A program made the translations under genes and the position numbers. From assembly GCA_041738615.1 (NCBI GenBank), contig JBGSPL010000002.1:10654-74653 (forward strand): DNA of 64,000 nt, written 5' to 3'. This DNA comes from Patescibacteria group bacterium. Lineage in GTDB: Bacteria > Patescibacteriota > CPR2 > UBA1875 > CAIMLA01. The notes under the pieces are model-generated. The model saw only the letters and a program-made list of their open reading frames with translations. It was not told the DNA's origin and ran no database searches. Positions 50,692-60,365 of this stretch are shown in pieces. The number at the start of each line of letters is the position of its first letter. Position 1 is the stretch's first letter.

Positions 50692-51662
50692 TGGCAGCGG
50701 CCGTAAAATTTACACGTAAGACTCTCCCTCAGAAGGAAGGCTTAGGGGAGAAGTTAGCAAAAAAGCGAATCTCCCAAGGGCTAGACCTCAAAGATATTGA
50801 GAAAGCGATCCGAATCCGTTGGAAGTACGTAGAAGCGATAGAGAACGGCAGATATGACATCTTACCGCCTGATGTTTATGTTCGTGGCTTTGTCCGAACT
50901 TATGCTACTTTTTTGCAGCTAGACCCGGATAAGGTAATGAAGCTATACGAGCGCGAAAGAGGACTTATCGAGAACGTACGCAAGGCCAAGGCAGGAGCTC
51001 CAGTTGTAAAACCTATAGAAGCGCCAAGGGTGGTGATTACCCCAAAGACCTTAACGGTAGGAAGCATAGTATTTGCCAGCCTGCTGATACTTCTATACAT
51101 TGGATGGCAGGTTGGAATCCTTACCGCGCCACCCAAGTTAAGCGTCACAACGCCGAAGGACAACATCAACATCGCTAGTAGTACGACGACTGTAGAAGGT
51201 ACGACCGACAACGGGGCCACGGTTACGATAAACGATGTTGGTGTGGGGATAGACCAGGAAGGTAGGTTCAAGGAAAAGATTAGTTTACAGAATGGCGTGA
51301 ACATTATTCATATCAAGGCCCAAAACAAACTGGGGAAAAATACACAGCAGACGCGAACAGTGGTCGCTCAAACAACAACGGCTGCCGTAGCGGCAACCAA
51401 CGGAGAGGTAGAAGTCAGATTGGTTGTGGGTCCACGTTCGGCCTCGCTTTTTGTAGAAGTTGATGGGAAGAAGCTTACTGAAAAACCAACGGTCGTCGTA
51501 TCGGGGGTAAGCCAGGTTTACAAAGCAGTAAACAGTGTAAAGATTACAACGACGGATGGCGGCACAGTCCAGGCTACCTATAATGGTCAAAGTGTCGGTC
51601 CACTAGGTAAAGATAACGAAACAGTCAGCCGAGAATTTATTAAAGGTATGAAAATACAGTAG
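50691..51662 (+). CDS. rodZ: RodZ-like protein (HTH domain, TM, C-terminal beta domain)
   Basis: N-terminal XRE-like HTH (LGEKLAKKRISQGLDLKDIEKAIRI), TM helix, Thr/Val-rich C-terminal domain. Confidence 0.55.
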   Translation: MAAAVKFTRKTLPQKEGLGEKLAKKRISQGLDLKDIEKAIRIRWKYVEAIENGRYDILPPDVYVRGFVRTYATFLQLDPDKVMKLYERERGLIENVRKAKAGAPVVKPIEAPRVVITPKTLTVGSIVFASLLILLYIGWQVGILTAPPKLSVTTPKDNINIASSTTTVEGTTDNGATVTINDVGVGIDQEGRFKEKISLQNGVNIIHIKAQNKLGKNTQQTRTVVAQTTTAAVAATNGEVEVRLVVGPRSASLFVEVDGKKLTEKPTVVVSGVSQVYKAVNSVKITTTDGGTVQATYNGQSVGPLGKDNETVSREFIKGMKIQ

Positions 51663-51670
51663 GAGAAGCC

Positions 51671-52171
51671 ATGGCAAGTGATTATTCATTTGATATTACG
51701 TGTGATTTTGACCACCAAGAAATGGCAAACGCCATAGATCAGCTCAGACGCGAAATAGTTGGAAGATTTGACTTCAAAGGCGTACTTGCAGACGTAGAGT
51801 ATTCAGAGAAAGACAACCTGATTACAGTCCATACAGAAAGTGACTATAAACTAGAGGCTATCATCGACATTCTGGAATCTAAGATGGTCAAGCGTGACCT
51901 GAGTTTGAAGATTCTGGATAAGAGTACTGATTTTGAGTTAGCTAGCGGTAGCACAGTACGAAAGAAAATCACTTTGCGCAGCGGGCTGTCTTCGGAGAAT
52001 GCCAAGAAGATTAGCAAACTGATTCGTGATGATTTCCCTAAAGCAAAGCCCGTCATCCAAGGAGATGAAGTCCGTGTGGTTTCAAAGTCCAAGGACGAAT
52101 TGCAGCAAATCATGGACTTGCTGAGGGGTGCCGAACTAGAGATGCCACTACAATTTGGTAACTACAGATAG
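51671..52171 (+). CDS. yajQ: YajQ family (UPF0234/DUF520) nucleotide-binding protein
   Basis: SFDI(T/V)...RFDFKG N-terminal signature. Confidence 0.8.
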   Translation: MASDYSFDITCDFDHQEMANAIDQLRREIVGRFDFKGVLADVEYSEKDNLITVHTESDYKLEAIIDILESKMVKRDLSLKILDKSTDFELASGSTVRKKITLRSGLSSENAKKISKLIRDDFPKAKPVIQGDEVRVVSKSKDELQQIMDLLRGAELEMPLQFGNYR

Positions 52172-52178
52172 CACTAGC

Positions 52179-53399
52179 ATGTATGACTTAGTTGTAATCG
52201 GTGGTGGTGCGGCTGGGATGATGGGTGCAATTGCTGCGGCCGAAAACGGCGGACGCGTTCTTTTGATAGAGAAAAATGCCAACTTGGGGAAGAAGGTTCT
52301 TGCTACAGGCAATGGTCGTTGCAATATTTCCAACCGTAATATTAACGAAAAAAGATACCATGGCAGCGTAAGTCGCCTTTTTAATGACGTATATTCAAAA
52401 TTGGATATTGATCAAACGGAGAAGTTTTTCGGTTCTCTCGGAGTCGAACTCAAGGAAGAGAACAACGGCAGGCTTTTCCCTACTACCGACAAGGCATCAA
52501 CTGTTGTGGAGGCAATGCGTCTTCGCCTAGAGGCCCTAGATGTAAAAGTATGCTCTGGTTTTGCAGTCAAAGACATTACACATGAGGGGTCATGGAAAAC
52601 AGTGCTTGCTGACGGCAAGGAAATAATGTCTCGAGCGTTGCTTCTAGCGACTGGGGGTAAGGCAGCTCACACCCTAGGCTCTAGCGGAGATGGCTTGTTT
52701 TGGGCGATGAAGCTAGGGCATAAACCAACTCCAATTTTTGCGGCCCTAGTTGCGATGGAAACCGAGGAAGAATTCGTCAAGAATGTTATGGGGGTCAAAC
52801 TGGGCGTCATTGCCTCCTCTTTTGTCGATGGCGTAGAGCGCAGATCACAAAAAGGCGATATGCTCTTTACACATTACGGTGTTTCGGGACCTGCGGTAAT
52901 GGGCTTGGCAGGATCTCTGTCTCCCTACATTGGGGAAGCAAAGACCACCCTTACGATAAATTTACTCCCAGAATACGACACGCGATATCTAGACAGCTTT
53001 TTGCAGCAAAGCTTTGCTAACTCACCCAAGAAGCAGCTCGGGAGCATTCTTTCTGAGCTTTTGCCCTTGAAACTGGCAAAAGAGTGCGTTTCGTTGTTGC
53101 GACTCGCAGAAAGGAATGTTTCAGAGATATCAAAAACGGAACGTAAAAGCATTGTGGATTTACTACAGCATTTTCCACTTACAGTACGAAAGGTGAGGCC
53201 GCTAAAAGAGGCTCAGGTGACATCAGGAGGGATACCAGTAGACGAAGTTACGGCTCAGCTTGAATCAAGGGTTCACTCTGGCTTGTATTTCGCAGGTGAA
53301 ATCCTGGACATCGATGGAGATTCGGGTGGATATAATTTACAGTGGGCTTGGTCTAGCGGTTATATTGCTGGGAAAGCCGCAATAGAGGAGATGAGATGA
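52179..53399 (+). CDS. HI0933/YhiN/BaiN-family FAD-dependent oxidoreductase
   Basis: YDLVVIGGGAAGMMGAIAAAENG dinucleotide-binding motif; family-typical length. Confidence 0.75.
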   Translation: MYDLVVIGGGAAGMMGAIAAAENGGRVLLIEKNANLGKKVLATGNGRCNISNRNINEKRYHGSVSRLFNDVYSKLDIDQTEKFFGSLGVELKEENNGRLFPTTDKASTVVEAMRLRLEALDVKVCSGFAVKDITHEGSWKTVLADGKEIMSRALLLATGGKAAHTLGSSGDGLFWAMKLGHKPTPIFAALVAMETEEEFVKNVMGVKLGVIASSFVDGVERRSQKGDMLFTHYGVSGPAVMGLAGSLSPYIGEAKTTLTINLLPEYDTRYLDSFLQQSFANSPKKQLGSILSELLPLKLAKECVSLLRLAERNVSEISKTERKSIVDLLQHFPLTVRKVRPLKEAQVTSGGIPVDEVTAQLESRVHSGLYFAGEILDIDGDSGGYNLQWAWSSGYIAGKAAIEEMR

Positions 53400-54070
53400 G
53401 AGTCTGGCTAGAAAAACGAACCAATATGTTACTGGTTACCATGATTTACATACTTATACTGATTCAGTACCCAGCAGGAATTGCGATTACTCAACTCATT
53501 TTGCACAAAAACCTCACAGCGGCTATGGAGCCAAGTTATCTGTTACTATGGGGTCTAACAAGAATCGTTGTGGTCCTACCTTTGATATTTGTTTTAATGC
53601 AGCGTCTCTCTTGGGACAACAACAACATATTTATGCGCTTTGGGGACTACAAGAAAGTAACGGCGATTACATTTTGGTTGACCTTTGGGTTTATGCTGCT
53701 TGGTCTCGGCCTGTATCCTTGGTTTCTCCATTCAACAAACTTGAACCCCATCTTGCTCTTAGAGTACTTGCCGGTATTTTTACTTTATGCTATTTCAAAT
53801 GCTTTCGTAGAGGAAACATTTTTTCGGGGAATAATGCAAAATTACTTTTCCTTAAAGTTGCCGATTTCTTTTGCAATTATTGTCCAGGCGATTCTTTTTG
53901 CCGGTATTCACTTCTATAGTCCTATGAGTAGTAATCTTCTTCTGTTCGTGGGCCTGACCCTGGTACTAGGTCTCATTTGGGGCTACCTCACCAACAAATA
54001 TAGAAGCTTATTGCCCGCGATTGTTTTGCATGTAGTTGCAGATATATTTGTCGCTGTCAGCCTGTTTTAA
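53396..54070 (+). CDS. CPBP family intramembrane metalloprotease (CAAX protease / Abi)
   Basis: EETFFRG and FAGIHF motifs in TM helices. Confidence 0.75.
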   Translation: MRVWLEKRTNMLLVTMIYILILIQYPAGIAITQLILHKNLTAAMEPSYLLLWGLTRIVVVLPLIFVLMQRLSWDNNNIFMRFGDYKKVTAITFWLTFGFMLLGLGLYPWFLHSTNLNPILLLEYLPVFLLYAISNAFVEETFFRGIMQNYFSLKLPISFAIIVQAILFAGIHFYSPMSSNLLLFVGLTLVLGLIWGYLTNKYRSLLPAIVLHVVADIFVAVSLF

Positions 54071-54096
54071 GCACGGAATCGTGCTATAATTGACCA

Positions 54097-54939
54097 ATGG
54101 CGACTCTAAAAGAACAAGTGCATCATCAGCTGCCACAACTTTCAAAGGCAGATCTCCACATCCACAGCAACTTTTCTGACGGTATTCCTACAGTCGAGGA
54201 AATTTTAGAGTACGTAGAAAATGAGACTGACCTCGCAGTAATTGCCATCACCGATCACGATACTATAGATGGTGCCCTGCTTGCGAAGAAACTGATGAAG
54301 GGTAAGAATTACCGTTTTGATTTGATGATTGGGGAAGAGGTATCGGCCAAAGAAGGGCATATCCTCGCTTTAGATATCCAGGAACGCATCTCCCCGAATC
54401 AGAGTGCTCATGAGACACTAAAGGAGATTCATGCCCAAGGAGGGATAGCTATCGCTGCACATCCGCTCTATGTATCTCGGATGAATCACCGACTACCGAC
54501 ACCAGTCAATGGAGTCGGCGCAAAAGAGCTGTTGCACGACAAGCTGCATTTTGATGGAATTGAAACAGTGAATGCCACACCAATGATGGGTGAGGAAAAT
54601 CTGCGTGCCAAGTATCTTAATCGGCTGCTCCTTTTTCGCACCGAGACTGGATCCAGTGACGCTCACATCCTGGATGCTATCGGCAAGGGATACACTCTTT
54701 TTGAAGGGCATTCCGCCAGGGACCTACGCGAAGCTATTCTTACTTTCCAAACTCAGTCTATGAATGACAAGTGGAATCTTCTCGGTGTGCTAAAATATGG
54801 TTTCTTCTTTTTACCGATGGGTTTTCGCACGACGTTCCACACTTTAGTATTTGGACCGAGCAGAACAAGCCCAGATATTATCAAATTTCCAAATCGCTTC
54901 AGATTGAAGAAAGAATTGTCAGGAGAACAGGATGAATAA
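54097..54939 (+). CDS. PHP-domain phosphoesterase
   Basis: DLHIHSNFSDG...ITDHD motifs. Confidence 0.75.
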   Translation: MATLKEQVHHQLPQLSKADLHIHSNFSDGIPTVEEILEYVENETDLAVIAITDHDTIDGALLAKKLMKGKNYRFDLMIGEEVSAKEGHILALDIQERISPNQSAHETLKEIHAQGGIAIAAHPLYVSRMNHRLPTPVNGVGAKELLHDKLHFDGIETVNATPMMGEENLRAKYLNRLLLFRTETGSSDAHILDAIGKGYTLFEGHSARDLREAILTFQTQSMNDKWNLLGVLKYGFFFLPMGFRTTFHTLVFGPSRTSPDIIKFPNRFRLKKELSGEQDE

Positions 54940-55477
54940 GAGATTGCTAGTGGTACTACCACATGATAACTTTCGGGACAAAGAATACGGTTGGCTCATA
55001 GAGCGGCTGGCGGCAGCTGGAATCGGATACACAGTAGTGTCCAGCCATCTGACGGCGGCGAAAGGACGTTTTGGAGAGGTTGTCATGCCTGATTTGCTAC
55101 TCCGAGAAGCTATTCTAGAGGGGTACGAGGGGATTGTCTTTATCGGTGAGGAAAGCGCCCAAGAGTTTGTTGGGCTTCACGAAGTCACGAAAATTTTGGA
55201 GTATGCCAGAGGGCATAACAAAATGGTAGCAGCGATAGGTCACGCAGTTTCGGTATTGCTCGATAACCACCTGGTCGCAGGGATTAAGCTTACCGGTCCA
55301 GCCCAGCTGAAAGTGAAGATAGAGGAGGCGGGGGCATTTTATAGGGGCAAACTGGTTGAGGTTGATCACAACGTTATCACTGCAGATGGCTCTCACGCTG
55401 TAAGAGAGTTTGCCGAAGAAATCATCCGATGGGTTCACGACGAGAAAAACATAGAGGGTAGAAAGTTTTTGAGATAA
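54932..55477 (+). CDS. DJ-1/PfpI family protein with the nucleophile Cys replaced by Gly
   Basis: Aligns to the PfpI nucleophile elbow (VAAICHGP), but the sequence reads VAAIGHAV. Confidence 0.6.
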   Translation: MNKRLLVVLPHDNFRDKEYGWLIERLAAAGIGYTVVSSHLTAAKGRFGEVVMPDLLLREAILEGYEGIVFIGEESAQEFVGLHEVTKILEYARGHNKMVAAIGHAVSVLLDNHLVAGIKLTGPAQLKVKIEEAGAFYRGKLVEVDHNVITADGSHAVREFAEEIIRWVHDEKNIEGRKFLR

Positions 55478-55478
55478 A

Positions 55479-56333
55479 ATGCCAGAACTACCAGAAGTAG
55501 AAACTATAGCAAGACAGCTCAACGCAAAGCTGGCAGGCCAAATAATTACCGATATCGAGGTCCTAAATGAAGGCTCATTTGTGGGTGTTGCTCAAAACAT
55601 CATAGGCGATAAAGTCCTGAGCGTTACTAGAAGGGCAAAAACCCTAGTATTCGCTTTGGAGAGGGGTCTAAATTTGCTTGTTCATCTCAAGATGACCGGC
55701 CAGCTCATATACCAGGAAGAGGAAATGAGAGTAGCGGGGGGACATCCTTCACACGATTTCCATGCTGATCTGCCGAACAAACACACGCGCGTAATCCTGT
55801 ACTTCGATGATAAGGAGCTCTTCTTTAACGACCTCAGAAAGTTTGGTTGGATCAAGGTAGTCACAAACGCACAGTCAGATCAATATTTCTCTACCTATGG
55901 CCCAGACGCAATCCCGAAGATAGACAAGGAGTATTTCCTAACTAGGGCAAAGCGCATGGGGAAATCTAGCATCAAGAGGTTTATTCTTGACCAAGGGGTA
56001 GTGTCGGGAGTTGGGAATATTTATGCGGACGAAGTGCTTTATGAAGCTAGCATACATCCGATGACTTTGGTCTCCAAGATTTCTACAGAAAAGATGATCA
56101 ATCTTGCCGATCTGATTTCGGAGAAACTGGAGTTTGCTATAGAAAAAGGCGGGACCACAGACAACGATTACGTAAATGCCTACGGAGAAAAAGGGGGCAT
56201 GCAGGGCTACCTCAATGTTTACCATCGCACTGGCGAGCCGTGTCCTAGAAATTGCGGGGGTACCGTTACACGTATAAAAGTTGCTGGGCGTGGTACACAT
56301 TTTTGCCCAGTGTGCCAGAAGGAGGCCCGGTGA
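55479..56333 (+). CDS. mutM: Formamidopyrimidine-DNA glycosylase
   Basis: MPELPEVE N-terminus; C-terminal zinc finger CPRNCGG...CPVCQ. Confidence 0.9.
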   Translation: MPELPEVETIARQLNAKLAGQIITDIEVLNEGSFVGVAQNIIGDKVLSVTRRAKTLVFALERGLNLLVHLKMTGQLIYQEEEMRVAGGHPSHDFHADLPNKHTRVILYFDDKELFFNDLRKFGWIKVVTNAQSDQYFSTYGPDAIPKIDKEYFLTRAKRMGKSSIKRFILDQGVVSGVGNIYADEVLYEASIHPMTLVSKISTEKMINLADLISEKLEFAIEKGGTTDNDYVNAYGEKGGMQGYLNVYHRTGEPCPRNCGGTVTRIKVAGRGTHFCPVCQKEAR

Positions 56334-57262
56334 TATATCTTCTGTTTGGCCCGGATAAAGCACGCTTGCAAAACCGCATCAAGAAAATCAAGGAAGAAGC
56401 TGGAGTCACCGACGATGGTATTAACTATCGCGAGATTTCCGCAGATTTTGACGCATCCGCAATAATCAGTGAGTGCTCGGCAATGCCTTTTTTGGCAGAG
56501 AAAAGGGTGGTTCTGCTGCGGGGCTTACTAGCTAGCAAAAACAAAGAGCTTCTCACAAAGATAGCGGAGTGGCTGCCTGCAGTGCCACTGGAGACAGAAT
56601 TGGTGCTCGTAGAGAACGAAGCGCCAGATCAGAGGCTCGTAATTACTAAGACCTTACACAAGGTCGGTAAAGTAGAGCTCTTCGCAAATATGACGCCTGT
56701 AGAGGCCGTAAGGAATATTGAAAATCAGGTTGCAAAGGCCGGGGGTAGTATCGATAAAGCAACCGCTACTTTACTGCAAATGTATCTGGGTACAGATTCA
56801 CTAAGGGTCAACAATGAGGTGAATAAACTGGTGGCCTATGACAAGAAAGTGACTCGGGAGAATGTGGAGCTGTTGGTTAATGCGGGCTACTTTAATACAA
56901 TATTTGACCTTACGGATGCGATTGCCACAAGAAATACAAAGAAGGCTTTGCATAATTTGGAGAAAATTCTTGAAGGCGGTGAGAGCGAAGTATACCTAGT
57001 CTCTATGATTGCGATGCAAGTGCGGAACTTGCTGATTATTCAGGACCTGAAATCACATGGTCTTTCGGAGTCGGAGATGGTTTCGAGAAGTAAGCTTCAC
57101 CCATTTGTTGTAAAGAAGTGCCTAGGGCAGACCCGTAACTTCACCGAGGAGCAGCTAGTATCGATGCACAAGGGGCTTCTCGACTTGGATATAGCACTCA
57201 AGAGTGGCGTTGCCGACCCCAAGACACTCCTCACTAAGTATATATTGGACTCTATAATCTAA
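56330..57262 (+). CDS. holA: DNA polymerase III delta subunit
   Basis: GTG start overlapping the mutM stop (GTGA) with an AGGAGG SD. VIYLLFGPD N-terminus typical of HolA. Confidence 0.7.
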   Translation: MIYLLFGPDKARLQNRIKKIKEEAGVTDDGINYREISADFDASAIISECSAMPFLAEKRVVLLRGLLASKNKELLTKIAEWLPAVPLETELVLVENEAPDQRLVITKTLHKVGKVELFANMTPVEAVRNIENQVAKAGGSIDKATATLLQMYLGTDSLRVNNEVNKLVAYDKKVTRENVELLVNAGYFNTIFDLTDAIATRNTKKALHNLEKILEGGESEVYLVSMIAMQVRNLLIIQDLKSHGLSESEMVSRSKLHPFVVKKCLGQTRNFTEEQLVSMHKGLLDLDIALKSGVADPKTLLTKYILDSII

Positions 57263-57284
57263 AAGACCCCCGAAGGGGTCTTTG

Positions 57285-57659
57285 CTATTTCTTGGTTGTT
57301 TTTGCTGTCTTTGCGGCTGGTTTCTTTGCTGCTGCTTTTGCCTTAGGTGTGGCCTTTGCTTTTGGTGTTGTCTTGGAAGAGACAAGCTCTAGAGCTTTGC
57401 CGAGAGACTTGTTAAGAGCAACTACTAGTCTAGATTTCCTGCGAGAAGCTGTGTTCTTGTGAATCACACCCTTTTTAGCGGCCTTATCAATTGCGGAGAT
57501 AGCTTCAGCAGTAATTTTACCGAGATCTTTCTCTCCGGCAGCAACTGCCTTCTTCACTGCTTTTACCTTACCACGAAAATCGGCCTTGGTCGCTTTATTG
57601 CGCTCGTTAGCCTTGCGGTTCTGTTTCATTGCCTTGATGGCGGACTTTGTTACTGGCAT
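57285..57659 (-). CDS. rpsT: 30S ribosomal protein S20 with a Lys/Ala-rich C-terminal tail
   Basis: MPVTKSAIKAMKQNRK...; the upstream ORF extension was discarded. Confidence 0.85.
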   Translation of the reverse strand: MPVTKSAIKAMKQNRKANERNKATKADFRGKVKAVKKAVAAGEKDLGKITAEAISAIDKAAKKGVIHKNTASRRKSRLVVALNKSLGKALELVSSKTTPKAKATPKAKAAAKKPAAKTAKTTKK

Positions 57660-57813
57660 ATTAGAATCCTTTTGTTTACGCCTAATGATTTTAGCACAGA
57701 GAGGGGAATTTGTAAATAATATGCTGCTAGAATGAATACGACCTGCGTGTTTATCCACAGTGCCAAAAAGGCTTTGCAAGGGCAAAAACAACAACATTTG
57801 GGCTATAAATACC

Positions 57814-57842
57814 TTGACAATTACCTTGCTTAAGAGTAAAAT
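57814..57842 (+). promoter_or_regulatory. Sigma-70-like promoter for the small ORF (TTGACA-17-TAAAAT)
   Basis: Consensus -35 and a near-consensus -10 with a 17-nt spacer. A perfect DnaA box TTATCCACA lies at 57751-57759 upstream. Confidence 0.5.
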
Positions 57843-57875
57843 CGTAAGCACGCCGAAATGCGTAGAGGAGGTAGG

Positions 57876-57944
57876 ATGTTACCATTACTCATGTGGGGAG
57901 CCGCTTTTGCGTTTACCTACAAGGTGCTGAGCATTCAAAGCTAA
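57876..57944 (+). CDS. Candidate 22-aa hydrophobic peptide (MLPLLMWGAAFAFTYKVLSIQS)
   Basis: Strong SD GAGGAGGT 5 nt upstream, own promoter, and a perfect hairpin terminator directly after the stop codon. Confidence 0.3.
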   Translation: MLPLLMWGAAFAFTYKVLSIQS

Positions 57945-57965
57945 AATATAGCGAAAGCACAAAAT

Positions 57966-57998
57966 AAGACCACTGCTAGTCAGTGGTCTTATTTATTT
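57966..57998. terminator. Bidirectional rho-independent terminator (small ORF / recX)
   Basis: AAGACCACTG ctagt CAGTGGTCTT followed by ATTTATTT. Confidence 0.7.
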
Positions 57999-58599
57999 CA
58001 AGCAGTTTTGCAAATGTTGCTTTCGCTACTGAATAGCTATAACCTTTACGAGTAAGAAACGATATCACTCTGGAGTAGTTTTCGTCTCGGGTTGCTGTTA
58101 TTTTGTATTTCTTAGAGCCTAGCACAAGCGCAGCTGATTGCTGTCTCGCTGGTTCTATTTGTGCTAGTAAGTTTTCAATGATCCCTTTATCGATACCTTT
58201 TAGCTTTAGCTCCTGGCTGAGAAGCCGGACACCCCGTGTTCCGCTACGTTCCCGTACCCACATCTGAGCGAATTCCTGATCGTTCGCATACCCCAGCTCG
58301 CGTAAACGGTCTAGACAACGACCGATGAGCGGTTTGTCATACTTCTTACCCAGTTTCTGCCAATACTCGCGCTCTGATTGCATCCTACGAGATGCTAGGC
58401 CCAATGCTGAATTCATACATTTTTGATACTCGTCCTCGCTGTCTATACTTGAAATTTCAAGGGCAGTTACTTCTTTGCCCTCATAGAGGCCTAATCTTGC
58501 TGCCGTCCCGACATCGAGACCAGAGTGAAAGACCCTATCTACGTATAGATTGAGTCTTTCTTTATTCTTTCTTTGCGGTTCGAGTGAAGTTACCTTCAT
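57976..58599 (-). CDS. recX: Recombination regulator RecX
   Basis: Three-helix repeat architecture; lies immediately downstream of recA. Confidence 0.8.
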   Translation of the reverse strand: MKVTSLEPQRKNKERLNLYVDRVFHSGLDVGTAARLGLYEGKEVTALEISSIDSEDEYQKCMNSALGLASRRMQSEREYWQKLGKKYDKPLIGRCLDRLRELGYANDQEFAQMWVRERSGTRGVRLLSQELKLKGIDKGIIENLLAQIEPARQQSAALVLGSKKYKITATRDENYSRVISFLTRKGYSYSVAKATFAKLLEINKTTD

Positions 58600-58604
58600 G
58601 GCGC

Positions 58605-59627
58605 TTACTTTGCAGCTATAGCGGCTTCGCGTACCTGTTTTTCTATTTCACCCGCGAGCTTAGGATTGTCGCGAAGGAATTGCTTACTTGCCTCCCGACC
58701 TTGCCCGATTTTTTCTTCCTTGTAGTCGTACCAGGCGCCAGCTTTGCCTACGATGCCATACTTTACCCCTAGGTCGATGATTTCCCCAACCTTAGAAATA
58801 CCTTCGTTGTACATGATATCAAATTCTGCGGTTCGGAATGGAGGCGCTACCTTGTTTTTTACAACCTTTACTTTCACGCGGTTGCCGATAATGTTATCGC
58901 CGTCTTTGAGCTGCTCACTACGGCGAATATCCATACGTACTGAGGAGAAAAACTTGAGCGCCTGACCTCCAGAAGTAGTCTCTGGGTTACCAAACATCAC
59001 ACCAATCTTCATACGAATCTGGTTGATAAAGATAACTACGGTGTTGGACTTGGAGATAGCTCCTGTCATCTTGCGTAATGCCTGAGACATAAGTCTGGCT
59101 TGGAGACCCATATGCGAGTCACCCATATCGCCTTCGATCTCAGCTCGTGGTACCAGTGCTGCGACAGAGTCTATTACAAGCACATCAATCGAGTTGGAGC
59201 GCACTAGTGTCTCCGCAATTTCTAGAGCTTGCTCGCCAGTATCTGGCTGAGAGATGAGAAGTTTATCAATGTCCACTCCGATATTCTTGGCATACTCCGG
59301 ATCTAGGGCATGCTCGGCATCGATAAAGGCGGCGATTCCACCATTCCTCTGTGCCTGAGCCACAACGTGGTAAGCAAGAGTAGTCTTACCAGATGATTCT
59401 GGCCCATAGATCTCGATTATACGCCCCTTGGGAACGCCGCCACCCAGGGCTAAGTCCAGTGATAGCGAACCTGTAGAGACGGTCTCTACGTGACACCTGT
59501 TGGCCTCTCCAAGCTTCATGATGGCACCTTTACCAAACTGTTTCTCGATAGCATCAACAGCGGTTTGTATGTCTTCTATTCTATGATCAGGGGTTACTGC
59601 TACTTTGTCTTCTTTTTTAGCGGTCAT
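58605..59627 (-). CDS. recA: Recombinase RecA
   Basis: Walker [10 protein letters not shown]; L1/L2 loops. Confidence 0.95.
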   Translation of the reverse strand: MTAKKEDKVAVTPDHRIEDIQTAVDAIEKQFGKGAIMKLGEANRCHVETVSTGSLSLDLALGGGVPKGRIIEIYGPESSGKTTLAYHVVAQAQRNGGIAAFIDAEHALDPEYAKNIGVDIDKLLISQPDTGEQALEIAETLVRSNSIDVLVIDSVAALVPRAEIEGDMGDSHMGLQARLMSQALRKMTGAISKSNTVVIFINQIRMKIGVMFGNPETTSGGQALKFFSSVRMDIRRSEQLKDGDNIIGNRVKVKVVKNKVAPPFRTAEFDIMYNEGISKVGEIIDLGVKYGIVGKAGAWYDYKEEKIGQGREASKQFLRDNPKLAGEIEKQVREAAIAAK

Positions 59628-59648
59628 TACGTATTCCTCCAGTATTTA

Positions 59649-60281
59649 CTAAAAGTTATTCTTTACAACGCCAATGACCTTGCCCTGGATCATGAAGGTA
59701 CCAAGATCGGGGATGATGGGGGCATGCATGGGGTTGTCACTCATAGGTTGGAACACGATACGTTTGTGCTCCTTGTCTACGCGATATCTCTTCACGGTGG
59801 CTTCACTTCCTATAAGAACGACGACCTTGTCACCTTCTTCGGCTGTGTCCTGTTTGTGAAAAATGATGTAGTCATCCTCATCAATGCCGGCTAGATTCAT
59901 AGAGTCTCCCACCGCCTTGAGCATAAATACATCGGAGGTGTACTTTACGAAGGCTTTCGGCAATGGAATGATCTCCTCAATCATCTCTTCCGCCCAGATT
60001 GGCATACCGCAAGCGACAGATCCGACTAGAGGGACCTGAACGATATCGTCGTCGCTCTTGATGCCATCACCGGTGTTGAGCATGATGCCGCGGGCCTTGC
60101 CGTCGACCTTAGTGATGTAGCCTTTTGCCTCCAGCGCGTTCAGGTGAGCCACAGCCCCCATAGGCGATGAGCAACCCAGCTTCTCTTGGAGTTCGCGAAC
60201 AGTCGGTGCCTGTCCTGTTTTCTGAACCGAGGTCTCGATCCAGCCGAGTACTTTTTCTTGTTTGTCTGTGAGAGCTTTCAT
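59649..60281 (-). CDS. lexA: LexA repressor
   Basis: N-terminal wHTH; S24 peptidase domain with an AG cleavage site (VACG) and a Ser/Lys dyad (GDSM...KRY). Confidence 0.9.
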   Translation of the reverse strand: MKALTDKQEKVLGWIETSVQKTGQAPTVRELQEKLGCSSPMGAVAHLNALEAKGYITKVDGKARGIMLNTGDGIKSDDDIVQVPLVGSVACGMPIWAEEMIEEIIPLPKAFVKYTSDVFMLKAVGDSMNLAGIDEDDYIIFHKQDTAEEGDKVVVLIGSEATVKRYRVDKEHKRIVFQPMSDNPMHAPIIPDLGTFMIQGKVIGVVKNNF

Positions 60282-60294
60282 GGCCCCTCCAATT

Positions 60295-60317
60295 AGTATA
60301 CCAAAAGTGTATACTAC
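60295..60317. promoter_or_regulatory. Candidate SOS operator in the lexA promoter: TAGTATAC-N7-GTATACTA
   Basis: Perfect 8-bp inverted repeat between a TTGACA -35 (60331-60336 on the minus strand) and the SD. A perfect DnaA box TTATCCACA lies at 60322-60330. Confidence 0.4.
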
Positions 60318-60365
60318 CACTTATCCACATGTCAAGTACTTTGTATGGTGTACAAAAATAGTATG

